The position numbers were made by a program, and so were the translations under genes. A DNA stretch of 64,000 nt from a virus: positions 9,139-73,138 of the IMG/VR virus record IMGVR_UViG_3300018432_000005; one strand, given 5' to 3'. Positions 46,078 to 55,636 of this stretch are shown in pieces. Position 1 is the stretch's first letter. Every line of letters starts with the position of its first letter. The notes under the pieces were generated by a model that saw nothing but the letters and a program-made list of their open reading frames with translations, was not told the DNA's origin and searched no databases.

Positions 46078-46451
46078 TCTTCCTCGCTGCGCGCAGCCTT
46101 GAAGCGCCCGCCCTCGAACGTGCCGAGCAGACGATCCCGGTGCTTGAACGTGGCGACGGGGCTGCTCGACAGCAGCTCGACGTCGACGCGAGGCGAGTAG
46201 CCGTTTTCAGACAGCGACAGCGCGACGGCCACCATAGGCTGCCCGTCGTCGTGGTCTTTGGGCAGGGAGACCGTTGCACGCCAGCCGACCTGTCCCGAGT
46301 GCTCGTAGTCGATGACCACGCGGCCGCGCTCGCCGTCGTCGACCATGATCGTGGTCGTGTTGTCGTAACAGCCGAGCTCGTCGACGACCTTGCCGTCGAT
46401 TGCAATCTCGAGCAGGTCGTCGCTCGCGCCCCAGACAGACAGCCGCGTCAC
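46074..46451 (-). CDS. Conserved phage hypothetical protein
   Basis: VWGASDDLLEI...DELGCY. Confidence 0.55.
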   Translation of the reverse strand: MTRLSVWGASDDLLEIAIDGKVVDELGCYDNTTTIMVDDGERGRVVIDYEHSGQVGWRATVSLPKDHDDGQPMVAVALSLSENGYSPRVDVELLSSSPVATFKHRDRLLGTFEGGRFKAARSEEE

Positions 46452-46672
46452 CGCTCGACCTGTCCTTCTCGCTCGACCACGATGCGCGCCCACAGCGCGT
46501 GAATGAACGAGGTCATGCCCACGCTGACGAGCGTCAGGATCAGCGATCCCGTCGCGAGGAACACGCCGGCCGCGGACATCACGATCGCCGGCCCCGTGCG
46601 CAGTGTCGCCATGTCCTGAAACGTGCCCGTCAGGTCGTCGCCGACGGGCTTTCGAAGCGTGAGCTTGTCCAT
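46448..46672 (-). CDS. Small membrane protein
   Basis: Hydrophobic central segment; AGGA RBS. Confidence 0.45.
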   Translation of the reverse strand: MDKLTLRKPVGDDLTGTFQDMATLRTGPAIVMSAAGVFLATGSLILTLVSVGMTSFIHALWARIVVEREGQVER

Positions 46673-46707
46673 GGTGCATTCCTGTCGAGAGTGTGAGAGG
46701 GGAAGGG

Positions 46708-46848
46708 TCAGGGGGCCGCGATGCAGAACGACAGCGCGACCGCCAACGCGATGACCAGCATCAGCAGCGCCGCGTACGGCGGCCCGCCGATGGGCTCACG
46801 CGAGGGCGGCGGAGGCGGCCGCGGCGGAGGCTGCGGCTTGGCGGGCAT
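46708..46848 (-). CDS. Pro-rich peptide with a C-terminal TM segment
   Basis: MPAKPQPPPRPPPPP...ALLMLVIALAVALFCIAAP; TGATG-coupled to the vWA gene. Confidence 0.45.
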   Translation of the reverse strand: MPAKPQPPPRPPPPPSREPIGGPPYAALLMLVIALAVALSFCIAAP

Positions 46849-47441
46849 CAGTCGTGCAGCGCGGCGGAAAACGCGCTGATGAAGTCGACCTCTTCGAGCG
46901 TCTTGACGTCGACGATGTCGTGCGCGGCGCCCTTCAAGTCGTCGTCGAGGCCGTCGAGAAACGACTTGAGTGAGGGATCGATCTGACCAACCGTCAGGAA
47001 CGAGATCGCGAACTCGTGCTCGTCTTTGATCTCCTTCGTGATGTCGACGATCGCCTTCTGCACTGCCTTGGGGTCGCTGGGCTGACCGTCGGTCGCGATG
47101 AACAAGACGGTCTGCTTGTAGCCGCCTGCCTTGTGCAGCTTGAAGGCCTCTTGGATCAGCGCGTGAGTCTGCGTCGCGCCCTCGTTGGCCTTGAGCTTGC
47201 CGACGATCTCTTCTGCCTTTTCTGCCGTCACGCCCTTGTACGAGGTCACGGTCTGGCCGAACGTGAGCACGTCGATCCCGTCCTCGTCGTACTTGCCGGC
47301 TTCCTTGGCGAAGGTGATCACCTTCTCTTTGAGGTACTGGATGCGCTGCGCACCACCGGGGCAGTCGCTGGCCTGCATGCTGGCCGAGACGTCGACGCCG
47401 AAGATGAAGTTGTCGCCCTGGTTGAGTTCGAGTTGTGACAT
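46848..47441 (-). CDS. Stand-alone vWA (MIDAS) domain protein
   Basis: DVSASM (DxSxS), T, and IATDGQP; strongly biased codons. Confidence 0.85.
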   Translation of the reverse strand: MSQLELNQGDNFIFGVDVSASMQASDCPGGAQRIQYLKEKVITFAKEAGKYDEDGIDVLTFGQTVTSYKGVTAEKAEEIVGKLKANEGATQTHALIQEAFKLHKAGGYKQTVLFIATDGQPSDPKAVQKAIVDITKEIKDEHEFAISFLTVGQIDPSLKSFLDGLDDDLKGAAHDIVDVKTLEEVDFISAFSAALHD

Positions 47442-47522
47442 GTGGATCCGCCTCTTTTGGTCTGTGTCGGGTTGTTGGTCTGGTACTGCTTGAGATCCCC
47501 GCCTATCGGAGATCGAAAGGGG

Positions 47523-47882
47523 TCACTCGAACTCGACTCGCTCGCCGCGTGAGGCTGCGAGACGAAGCCCGTCGGCAAAGCGTCGCGCTCTTGTTCGAAG
47601 GTGGTCGACGCGCGTGTCGTCGTCGGACGTGATCAGCGGCCCGAGCTCGTCAAGGCGCGCGGCCAGCGGCAAGAGGTGCTCAACCTCGATCTCGCCTTCG
47701 TTGTCGGCGTGGTTGAGCAGCACGTGCAGCACGTCGGGCGCGAGGCTTTCCCACGCGACCTCGCCGCCAAAACCCCGCATCGCATTGAGGTCGATGCCGG
47801 CTGCCGCAGCGAGGCGCTTGCGCCAGTAGTGAAAACTGGTGCACGTGCCGCTGTAGCAATCGTGAGAGACGTCGAGGCCCAT
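47523..47882 (-). CDS. Conserved phage hypothetical protein
   Basis: MGLDVSHDC...F..WR..LA...LLNHADNEGEI. Confidence 0.6.
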   Translation of the reverse strand: MGLDVSHDCYSGTCTSFHYWRKRLAAAAGIDLNAMRGFGGEVAWESLAPDVLHVLLNHADNEGEIEVEHLLPLAARLDELGPLITSDDDTRVDHLRTRARRFADGLRLAASRGERVEFE

Positions 47883-48194
47883 GGGTCAGGCCTCTGGCCC
47901 GTGCACGATGGTCGCGAGCTTCGGGGACAGCGCGCCGGCCGGCTGCTTGCCGAACTCGCTTCGCGCCCACATGCGAAACGACATCGAGCGAGGCGCGCGT
48001 CGACGTTCGCGGCTGCTGCACCTTGCCGCTTGCGTCGTAGGCGGCCGGTGCGGTCGTCACGCGCTCGGCATAGGCGCGACGCGCACGCGCGAGCGTCAGG
48101 ACCGTGGGGAGAGACGTAGCGACGTCTCGAATGCTGGTCTTCTTCGACATGGGGGTAGGGCCTTCCTTGGCGCTAGGGGTAGATCAGAAGTGGA

Positions 48195-49145
48195 TCAGGT
48201 AACGAAGTCGTCGCCGCGCATCTCGCCGCCCGCGCCCGCACGCGAGTTGTCGCCCGCTTCGTGGCGCTGCTCCTGCGAGTCGGCCGCCTCGCTGGCGATG
48301 TCGCTGACCTGGGCGAAGAGCTTTGCCTGATCGGCAAGCAGGTCGATGGTCGTCTTTGGCAGGATCTCGCCGCGCGTGATCAGCGGCGTTGCGAAGTTGC
48401 CGTTTTTCGAGATCTCGAGCGTCAGCGTGCACGCGAAGGTGTACAGCGGCACGTTCACGCGCGACCCGTTGGGCAGGATGCGGCGGCCGAGGTGATGCTT
48501 CTGCATGTGCGTCTTGAGCGGCGGCAGACCCGTGCGCTTGAAGCGCAGAAGAAAGCCATCGGTCGGCCGGTTCTGCTCGTCCAAGTGCGCGGCGAAGATG
48601 CCGTACACGGGATCGCAGTTGCGAATGTTCTTGCCGGCGCTGTTCTGATGCCAGTCGGAGTCCGGGCACGTCTTGCAGTCGCGCACGGTGCCCTGGACGA
48701 TGGGCAGGAGCTCGCCGCGCGGCCCCTTCAACTGCAGCCCGTCGGGGTGCTTCTCGCGCATCCTGCCAGTCACGCCGTCTTTGCTCGAGCAGTAGATGAC
48801 GTTCTCGTTCGTGTCGTTATTGAACCGCGAGAACAGCCGCGTCTTGTGCAGGTGCACGAACGCGACGCGCAACTGACGGTGCGAAACCTCGTTCAGCGTG
48901 TCGTAGAACTCGTCGAGGCGGCGAAGCTCGTTCGTCTTGGGATCCTTGCCCTTCATGTTCCAGACGATGACGGGCAGCCGCATGTCGTCGCTGTCGGCCT
49001 CCTGCAGGCCGTCGTCTTCGACCTTCGTATCGCCATAGAGCGCGGCGAGTTGCTCGGCTTCGGTCTGCGGCGCGGCCGCGAGCGCCGACGTCGCACTGTT
49101 GTCTGCCGTCGAGAGCGCAGCGGCCGTCGCGTCTTTCTTCACCAT
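48195..49145 (-). CDS. Phage ssDNA-binding / annealing-like protein
   Basis: Follows the exonuclease gene; CSSKDG...CKTCP...C motif; acidic C-terminus (GDDFVT). Confidence 0.55.
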   Translation of the reverse strand: MVKKDATAAALSTADNSATSALAAAPQTEAEQLAALYGDTKVEDDGLQEADSDDMRLPVIVWNMKGKDPKTNELRRLDEFYDTLNEVSHRQLRVAFVHLHKTRLFSRFNNDTNENVIYCSSKDGVTGRMREKHPDGLQLKGPRGELLPIVQGTVRDCKTCPDSDWHQNSAGKNIRNCDPVYGIFAAHLDEQNRPTDGFLLRFKRTGLPPLKTHMQKHHLGRRILPNGSRVNVPLYTFACTLTLEISKNGNFATPLITRGEILPKTTIDLLADQAKLFAQVSDIASEAADSQEQRHEAGDNSRAGAGGEMRGDDFVT

Positions 49146-49172
49146 GGCTTCCCCCACCATCCTTGGCGCCCA

Positions 49173-49252
49173 CACCCGAGCGCATAACTGTCTGAACGTT
49201 TCACCGTCTCAACGCCCGAACGTTCGACCGTTCAAGCGTCTGGATGCTTAGT
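49173..49252. repeat. Phased 8-bp repeat array F (~9 units)
   Basis: tgtctgaa cgtttcac cgtctcaa cgcccgaa cgttcgac cgttcaag cgtctgga, with weaker flanking units. Confidence 0.78.
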
Positions 49253-50537
49253 CGTCGATGCTGAGTTCGTCGGTCGCGCCCAGGTCGACGCCCCGCAGTG
49301 CGTCGCGCATCTGCTTGGCCTCGTCGCCGTCGAGCTCGAAGCCCGACGTCAGGCACGGGCCGCTGTACGGACAGCGGTCGCATTTTTCGCCAACGGCCTC
49401 GACGAAGCGCCCAAAGCGCACCCACCCGACCACCGAGCGCAATTGCCGCTCGAGCCGCGTGACGTCGTCGGCCCTGCGCTGCACGGTCAGCCACGCGCCC
49501 CCGCGGTACTGCCCCGGCTCGTACTTGATCTTCTCGTCGCGCTTGACCTCGCGTCCGAAGACGCGCGACCAGTATTCGAGGTCTTCGGGCCGCTTGACCT
49601 GCTTGTCGCCCTTCTTCGTGTACGGGATGTAGTCGCGCAGTTGGGTCAAGCGGATCACGTCGGGGAACTTCTCGAAGCGCACCGCGCCCTCGACGAGCAC
49701 GCCCTCGGTCTCCCGCTTCTTCGCGACAGCACGCAGAGACAGGTGCATCGCCGCGCGCTCCGTGGGCGCGGCGCCGATGGCCTTGACGTCCCAGGGGTCG
49801 AGCGGCACGTCGGCGAGCCGGTCTTCGTTCGCTGCCTGCCGCCACGCATCGAGCACCGTCGTCGGGAGAAAGGTCCCTTCGGCCAGCGCGTGCGCGTAGA
49901 TGCCGCCCTCGTAGCCATGATCGAGACGCTTCTGATGCGGCTTTTGCGCGCCCGTTTTCCAGTCCGTGAAGGCGAGCGACTCGGGCGCCTCGACGGGGCG
50001 GTAGATCAGGTCGGTGTGACCTTCGAGCCAGAGCTCGCCCATCTTGACGATGAAGCCGGCCTCGACGAGCTCGACGGCCGCGACGTACCGATGCATGTCG
50101 GCAAACAGCCCCGTCACCATCGCGACGCCTTCGTCGAGCGCCTTCTGCGCCTCGCTCTTTCCGTACCAACGGACCTCACGGCCGGCGACGGTGCGCGCGA
50201 ACTCCGTCTCGAGCACGCTGGTCAGCCGCTCGGCCGACGTAGCGGGCTTGCCGGCGAGGATGCTGTCGCGGACCGCCTGGTTTCGAAGCGCGCGCGCGAT
50301 GGTCTCGTGCACGGCCGTTCCCATCTCGGTTTTGCCCGAACACGTCTCACGCGCTGCGTGTACGAGTTCGGCGATGCGGTCGAACTTGAACTGCTGCGTG
50401 CACGCGTACTCGCCGATCAGCGTGGACATGTGGCTTTTGTGAATGGGGTCGGCGAGCGTCCCCCACTTTCGAAAGTCCCAACGCGGGGGCTTGCTCGGGG
50501 TGACGACGGGCAGCCGACGCGCACTCGTCGCAGTCAC
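49248..50537 (-). CDS. PD-(D/E)XK exonuclease, AddB/Cas4-like with an Fe-S motif
   Basis: N-terminal Cys, GTAVHE, LEGHTDLI, DWKTG, GIYAHAL, C-terminal CDRCPYSGPC. Confidence 0.82.
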   Translation of the reverse strand: MTATSARRLPVVTPSKPPRWDFRKWGTLADPIHKSHMSTLIGEYACTQQFKFDRIAELVHAARETCSGKTEMGTAVHETIARALRNQAVRDSILAGKPATSAERLTSVLETEFARTVAGREVRWYGKSEAQKALDEGVAMVTGLFADMHRYVAAVELVEAGFIVKMGELWLEGHTDLIYRPVEAPESLAFTDWKTGAQKPHQKRLDHGYEGGIYAHALAEGTFLPTTVLDAWRQAANEDRLADVPLDPWDVKAIGAAPTERAAMHLSLRAVAKKRETEGVLVEGAVRFEKFPDVIRLTQLRDYIPYTKKGDKQVKRPEDLEYWSRVFGREVKRDEKIKYEPGQYRGGAWLTVQRRADDVTRLERQLRSVVGWVRFGRFVEAVGEKCDRCPYSGPCLTSGFELDGDEAKQMRDALRGVDLGATDELSIDD

Positions 50538-50868
50538 GAGCGACCCCCGTCGATTGCTTGCTGACCCACTTGGGCGGGGAGTGTCGTGGTCGTCGTGTGC
50601 GACATGATCTTACTGTCGTCCAGACACTCAGATCGACTCGCGCCGCGTTCTGTCGCGTGTGTCAGTTTTCGTCCGGTCACAGACGGGACCATGACAGTTC
50701 ACGACCTGCGCGCGAAGTGGTTTTCGACGTGGGGCAACATCTGGGGCTAGAAGTGTCCGGGCGTAAAATGTCGAGCAGTCAGACTTGCTCGTGCCCAGTC
50801 TGCAGACGTGTCTGTTCGTGCGATTAGCACCTTGCGTAACTGACATTCCGCGCCCTACTCTCCGGGTC

Positions 50869-51087
50869 ATGGTGGGGCTCGGGAAGAATCTGCGGATGGC
50901 GCGCGTCGACGCGAACGTCTCCGTGCAAGAGGCGGCAGAGAAGACCGGGTATTCCGTGCGCACGATCCAGCGCTGGGAGACGGACCGCTTCGAGCCCAAC
51001 GCGGACGGCTTCAATGCGCTGGCGGAGGCGTACGGCTGCACGCTCGACAAGCTGATCACGGGACGCGAGCGAGCGCGCGCCGCGTAA
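50869..51087 (+). CDS. XRE/Cro-like HTH regulator
   Basis: NLRMARVDANVSVQEAAEKTGYSVRTIQRWETDRFEP; TTGCGT-N18-TACTCT-N7-ATG. Confidence 0.88.
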   Translation: MVGLGKNLRMARVDANVSVQEAAEKTGYSVRTIQRWETDRFEPNADGFNALAEAYGCTLDKLITGRERARAA

Positions 51088-51350
51088 GGGCAGGGGCGCC
51101 CAAACGCCGGGCGCGCACGACGAGAGCAAACGAGCACACGGCCGGGGGGCGACGTGACGGTGCAGGCATCAGCGATGGTCAGGACAGCAGCGAGCCAGCT
51201 CTCGACCGGGGAGCTTGTGGGGCTGTTTGCGATGATCGTGCTCGCGCTCGTGTCCATCGTGCTGATCGAGTGGACCTTCGACCGCGCCAGCGCCGACGAC
51301 AACGATCAGGACATGCGCGGACCGCGCGACCGCCGCGATGGTGACGGCTG

Positions 51351-52082
51351 ATGGGGGCGACGTCGCTCATCCGCTTTCGCCTGGGCCGCCAAGAAAAGGC
51401 GCTCGCGGATGTCCAAGCCGTCGACCACGTGATCACCGACCCCCCTTACAGCGCGCGCACCCACAAGGGGCAGAAGCACGCGCGCTCGAGCGCGATCAAC
51501 GCGTCGGCCATCTCGGAGGCCGGGATCTCGTACCCCTTCTTCACGCCCGAGCTCGTCGACGCGTTCGTCGACAGCTGGGCGCCGCGCACGCGCAAATGGT
51601 TCTGCGTCTTCACGTCGCACGACCTCGTGCCCGCCTACGAAGAAGCCTTGCGGCGGCATGACCGCTACGTGTTCGCGCCGCTTCCGTGCGTGCAGCGCGG
51701 CAGCAACGTGCGCCTTGCCGGCGACGGTCCTGCCAACTGGACCGCGCATCTGCTCGTGTCGAGGCCTCGCGCGATGCGGCCGCTCTGGGGCGCGCTGCCG
51801 GGCGAGTACCGCGCCGCGCCCGAGCGCCGCAAGGATGGCCTGCGCATCGCGGGAAGTAAGCCGCTCCTGATGATGCTCGACATCGTGCAGGACTACTCGC
51901 ACGAGGGCGACCTCGTGGCCGACCCCTACGCAGGCGCCGCCGTGACGCTCGCCGCGTGTGCTCTTCGCGGCCGCAAAGCCGTCGGCGCCGAGTGTGACGG
52001 TGCGACGTTCGCGCTCGGGCAGCGCCGCATCGCAGCCGAGCTCGCGTTCCCGCGCGCGACCCTTGCTCGGGAGGCAGTCTGA
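51351..52082 (+). CDS. DNA N6-adenine/N4-cytosine methyltransferase (beta class)
   Basis: ITDPPY catalytic motif, followed by the DLVADPYAG...GAE SAM-binding motif. Confidence 0.85.
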   Translation: MGATSLIRFRLGRQEKALADVQAVDHVITDPPYSARTHKGQKHARSSAINASAISEAGISYPFFTPELVDAFVDSWAPRTRKWFCVFTSHDLVPAYEEALRRHDRYVFAPLPCVQRGSNVRLAGDGPANWTAHLLVSRPRAMRPLWGALPGEYRAAPERRKDGLRIAGSKPLLMMLDIVQDYSHEGDLVADPYAGAAVTLAACALRGRKAVGAECDGATFALGQRRIAAELAFPRATLAREAV

Positions 52083-52285
52083 TGATCCTGCCAAGGTCCA
52101 CGCGCCGCCCTCTGACCATCATCGTCGTCGAGATCGGTGACGACGGCTCGCTGTACGCGCGAGCCAACTTCACGCGCGACCCCGCCGTCGACGCCGGCCC
52201 AAACGACACGCTGTCGGGCTGTCTCGATGTCCTGCAACGCAACATCTGCGATTCCGGCGCGCTCGAGCGCGCGCGAAAGGTCTGA
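52082..52285 (+). CDS. Hypothetical protein
   Basis: Coupled ORF. Confidence 0.4.
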   Translation: MILPRSTRRPLTIIVVEIGDDGSLYARANFTRDPAVDAGPNDTLSGCLDVLQRNICDSGALERARKV

Positions 52286-52289
52286 CCTG

Positions 52290-52709
52290 ATGCAAGCCGC
52301 CAAAACCGTCGAACAGCTCGCCGTTCCCCTCACACCCGAAGAAGTGCTGATGAAGGGCAAGCAGTTGACGCAGCGCTGCATCGAGGTCGCCAAGCTCGAA
52401 GCCGAAAAGAAGCTGCAGGCCAGCGCGATCAAGTCGGACATCGACGCGGTCAAAGAGAAGATCAAAGACCTCGTCGTCGAGATCGACCGCGGCGAAGAGA
52501 TTCGTCCGATCGAGTGCTACGAGCGGCCCCGCTACGGCGCGCAGATGGTCGACATCATCCGCACCGATACGGGTGCGGTCGTCCGCCAGCGCGCCATGCA
52601 CCCCAACGAACGGCAGGCCGCCTTCGACATGGGTGAGGAACTGCCCCCGCCCAAGCAGGAGCGCAAGCGCGGCAAAAAGCCGACCGACGAAGCCGAAGGC
52701 GCGCACTAA
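52290..52709 (+). CDS. Conserved phage coiled-coil protein
   Basis: LTPEEV...EKK...IRTDTGAVV..R.M...ERQ. Confidence 0.6.
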   Translation: MQAAKTVEQLAVPLTPEEVLMKGKQLTQRCIEVAKLEAEKKLQASAIKSDIDAVKEKIKDLVVEIDRGEEIRPIECYERPRYGAQMVDIIRTDTGAVVRQRAMHPNERQAAFDMGEELPPPKQERKRGKKPTDEAEGAH

Positions 52710-52715
52710 GCGCCG

Positions 52716-55055
52716 ATGTCGTCTGCCTTCGACAGCACGCGGTACACCGCAGCGCAGATAGCCGAGCTTCAAGCCTCGGCCATCTCGCCCGAGATTGCAG
52801 ATCGTCAGGGTCTGTTCTCGATCGATGACCCGCGTGCGGCGTCGAAGCTCTTCGGACGGACGGCGAAGATGTGGGAAGGGCACCTGCCGGTGCTCGTCTA
52901 CCCGTACAAGATGCCGCTGCAGAGAGACCCGGTGCTCTTTCGTGGCAAGCCGGCCGTGCCGTTCGAGACGCGTCGCAAAGACCAGTCGATCGAACTGACG
53001 AAGTACGTGCAGGCCAAAGACTCCGGTACGCACATCATGTTCGGGCCGTCGCTGCTCGACCCGGCCGCGCTGCGCGACGTGAAGATCCCCGTCGTCATCA
53101 CGGAGGGCGAAAAGAAGATGCTCGCGGCCGAGTCGGCCGGCATCAGCGCGATCGCCTTGCCCGGCGTGACGCAGTGGCACGTCAAAGGCGAGCGCTCGCT
53201 GCACCCGTACTTCGTGCACCTGGCGCTGCGCGAGCGCGAGGTGATGCTCTGCTTTGACTGTGACGCCCTGTCGAACAAGGACGTACGAAAGCAGGAACTC
53301 GCGTTCGGGCGCGCGCTGCAGGCCATCGGCGCGCGCGTGTACATCGTCCGCTTTCCTCCGAGCGCGCCCAAGCTCGACGACTTCCTCGCGACGCACGAGC
53401 TCTCGGAGCTTCACGACCTGTTCGACGACGCGCGCAAGAACGGCCAGCTTCCGCCCGACACCACGATGGCGGGCGCCTCGGACGAGAACTGGGCGCCCGT
53501 GCTGCCCAAGCTCCGCAGGGACGCAGAGTCGAACCTGCCGATCAAGGACGTCGACAACATCGCCCGCGTGCTGATGCTGCATCCGGCCTGGGCGGGTGTG
53601 CTCGCGTTCGACGCGCGCAGAGAGCGGCAAATCTTCCAACTCGTGCCGCCCTTCGCTGACGACATGGCGGTCGAACGCGCGACGGTGCCTCGACCGCTGA
53701 TCGATAGCGACGTGACGCGCGTCGGCGATTGGCTCGTCGCGCAAGGCTGTCTAGGTTGGGCGACGCAGCCGCAGCCCTCGCAGCTCGAGCGCGCCATCGC
53801 GCTGACCTGTGAGCGCAACCGCATCGAGCGCGTGCGCGACTACCTGATCGCGCTCGTCTGGGACCAAGTGCCGCGCCTGGACACCATGGCGCCCGTGTAC
53901 TTCGGCGCCAAAGACACGACTTACACGCGGACGGTCGTCGCCAAGTGGATGCTGTCGGCGGTCGCGCGCGTGCGCACGCCGGGCTGCCAGGTCGACCATG
54001 TGCTCGTCCTCGAGGGAAAGCAGGGCATCGGCAAGTCGACGGCGCTGCGCACGCTCGCGGGCGACGACAACTTCTCGGACTCGCTGCCCGACATCACGAC
54101 AAAGGACGCGCTCGAGCACTGCATCGGGCCGTGGATCATCGAGCTGGCCGAGCTCGACCATATGAAGAAGAGCGAAGTCTCGACGCTCAAAGCCTTCGTG
54201 TCGCAGCGCGCGCCCGCCTTCCGCTCCGCCTACGCGCACCGGACGATGGAGCATCCCCGCCGCTGCGTGTTCGCGGCGTCGACGAACGAGTCGAGCTACC
54301 TCGTCGACCCGACGGGCGGTCGGCGCTTCTGGCCCATCGAGTGTCTGCGCATCGACACCGACGGCCTCGCGCGCGACCGCGATCAACTCTGGGCAGAGGC
54401 GTTGCACCGCGTGCGGGCCGGCGAGTCGTGGCACATCACCGACCCCGAAGTACGCGCCCAGGCCGAAGAAGAGCAAGCCGACCGGCGACAGGTCGACCCA
54501 TGGCACGAGGTCGTCGGGCCGTTCCTCAAGACGCGCAAGGTCGTCACCATCGGCGACGTGCTCGACCATCTCGGCTTTGGCCCCGAAGAGACGGTGCCCA
54601 GCTCTTTCAGCTCGTACGTGCGGCCGGCGTCGACGTCGACGCGCAAGGGATGGAAGTACGACCAGCGCTCGAGCAACCGGGTCTCGGCCATCCTGCGCGA
54701 GCTCGGATGGGTGCGCCGTCAGGTGCGCATCGGAGGGGAACGTGTGTGGAAGTACGTCCTAGACGACCCTCCCGGCACCACTAGTGGGAACACTGGTGAC
54801 ATAGTGGGGACAGCGCAACTCTTCGACATCAAAGGGAAGTCACCGGTGTCACCAGTGTCACCACTCGATCCCTATGGAGTTACTAGCGACCTATCTCCCT
54901 CTCTTAACTCTTCATCTTCTTTAAAGAATAGTGGTGACACTGGTGACAGTAATGACAAGGCAGTAAATCCGGACACTTGCGCGGTCACCACTGCGTCACC
55001 AGTCGACCCCCCTACCGGTGACGCAGCCGACCCGCGACCGCGGAGGCGGCTTTGA
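52716..55055 (+). CDS. DUF3854 (Toprim) primase fused to a VirE/VapE-family helicase
   Basis: ITEGEKK, ALPGV, FDCD, KLDD; WDQVPRL, LEGKQGIGKST, ELAEL, STN..YLVDPTGGRRFWP, RDQLWAEA. Confidence 0.9.
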   Translation: MSSAFDSTRYTAAQIAELQASAISPEIADRQGLFSIDDPRAASKLFGRTAKMWEGHLPVLVYPYKMPLQRDPVLFRGKPAVPFETRRKDQSIELTKYVQAKDSGTHIMFGPSLLDPAALRDVKIPVVITEGEKKMLAAESAGISAIALPGVTQWHVKGERSLHPYFVHLALREREVMLCFDCDALSNKDVRKQELAFGRALQAIGARVYIVRFPPSAPKLDDFLATHELSELHDLFDDARKNGQLPPDTTMAGASDENWAPVLPKLRRDAESNLPIKDVDNIARVLMLHPAWAGVLAFDARRERQIFQLVPPFADDMAVERATVPRPLIDSDVTRVGDWLVAQGCLGWATQPQPSQLERAIALTCERNRIERVRDYLIALVWDQVPRLDTMAPVYFGAKDTTYTRTVVAKWMLSAVARVRTPGCQVDHVLVLEGKQGIGKSTALRTLAGDDNFSDSLPDITTKDALEHCIGPWIIELAELDHMKKSEVSTLKAFVSQRAPAFRSAYAHRTMEHPRRCVFAASTNESSYLVDPTGGRRFWPIECLRIDTDGLARDRDQLWAEALHRVRAGESWHITDPEVRAQAEEEQADRRQVDPWHEVVGPFLKTRKVVTIGDVLDHLGFGPEETVPSSFSSYVRPASTSTRKGWKYDQRSSNRVSAILRELGWVRRQVRIGGERVWKYVLDDPPGTTSGNTGDIVGTAQLFDIKGKSPVSPVSPLDPYGVTSDLSPSLNSSSSLKNSGDTGDSNDKAVNPDTCAVTTASPVDPPTGDAADPRPRRRL
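54780..55025. other. Putative lytic replication origin (inverted iterons flanking an AT-rich core)
   Basis: GTCACCGGT-GTCACCAGT-GTCACCACT facing AGTGGTGACAC-TGGTGACAG around CTCTTAACTCTTCATCTTCTTTAAAGAATA. Confidence 0.65.
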
Positions 55056-55636
55056 CCGCGCACGCGCAGGCCCTGGGGCTCGTCGGGGCGGTCCGTGCGG
55101 CCGGCTGCGACCTCGTCTGCGACGCGGATGGGGTCGAGGTCATCGGCGAGCTTCCGGCGCCGCTCTCGGCCGCGCTGCAGGCGTTCTTCGGCGAGGGCGA
55201 GCATCGGGACGGGCAGGCGACCCACCGTGCGCTGCTCGCGGTCCTACGTGCGCCGTCGCTGGCTGTGGCCGAGGTGCTCGGGCTGCCCGTCGCCTGGGCG
55301 CGGCTGCCGCTCGCCTACGCGCTGACCATCGACCGCAAGGGCGTCGGCAGTGTCTTCACGACCTCGCGCACCGTGTACGACCGCGAGAACGGTCGCCGGC
55401 CGACGTGGCGCCTGCCCGAGCTCGACGCGCTTGCTCGAGCGCATGACGGGGGCAGAGCCCGGCCCGGCGACTTCGACCGATGGCTCGCCGCCAAGCAGCG
55501 CGGGCCGTGGGCGCTGACGCCCGAGCTCGCCGGGGTGCTGCCGGGCGCGCTCGAGCCCCGGTGCAGCTTCGGCGAGCTGTTCGACGGGCTTGGCGCCCAG
55601 GTCGTCGACGTCGAAGTCGAGGGGGTCGCAGCGTGA
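55052..55636 (+). CDS. Hypothetical protein
   Basis: Coupled to the primase stop. Confidence 0.5.
   Translation: MTAHAQALGLVGAVRAAGCDLVCDADGVEVIGELPAPLSAALQAFFGEGEHRDGQATHRALLAVLRAPSLAVAEVLGLPVAWARLPLAYALTIDRKGVGSVFTTSRTVYDRENGRRPTWRLPELDALARAHDGGRARPGDFDRWLAAKQRGPWALTPELAGVLPGALEPRCSFGELFDGLGAQVVDVEVEGVAA

Noticed and set aside
49248-50537. CRISPR-associated Cas4
   Set aside because: No array or other cas genes; its position beside an SSB-like gene indicates a recombination exonuclease
50540-50868. Lambda-like OR operator triplet and hidden cI
   Set aside because: Several short palindromes (TGTC-N5-GACA, CGAGCA...TGCTCG) but no consistent repeated operator and no credible leftward repressor ORF
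52170-53744. 524-aa minus-strand ORF and many similar Arg/Ala-rich ORFs
   Set aside because: Antisense or alternative-frame shadows of well-supported genes; no motifs
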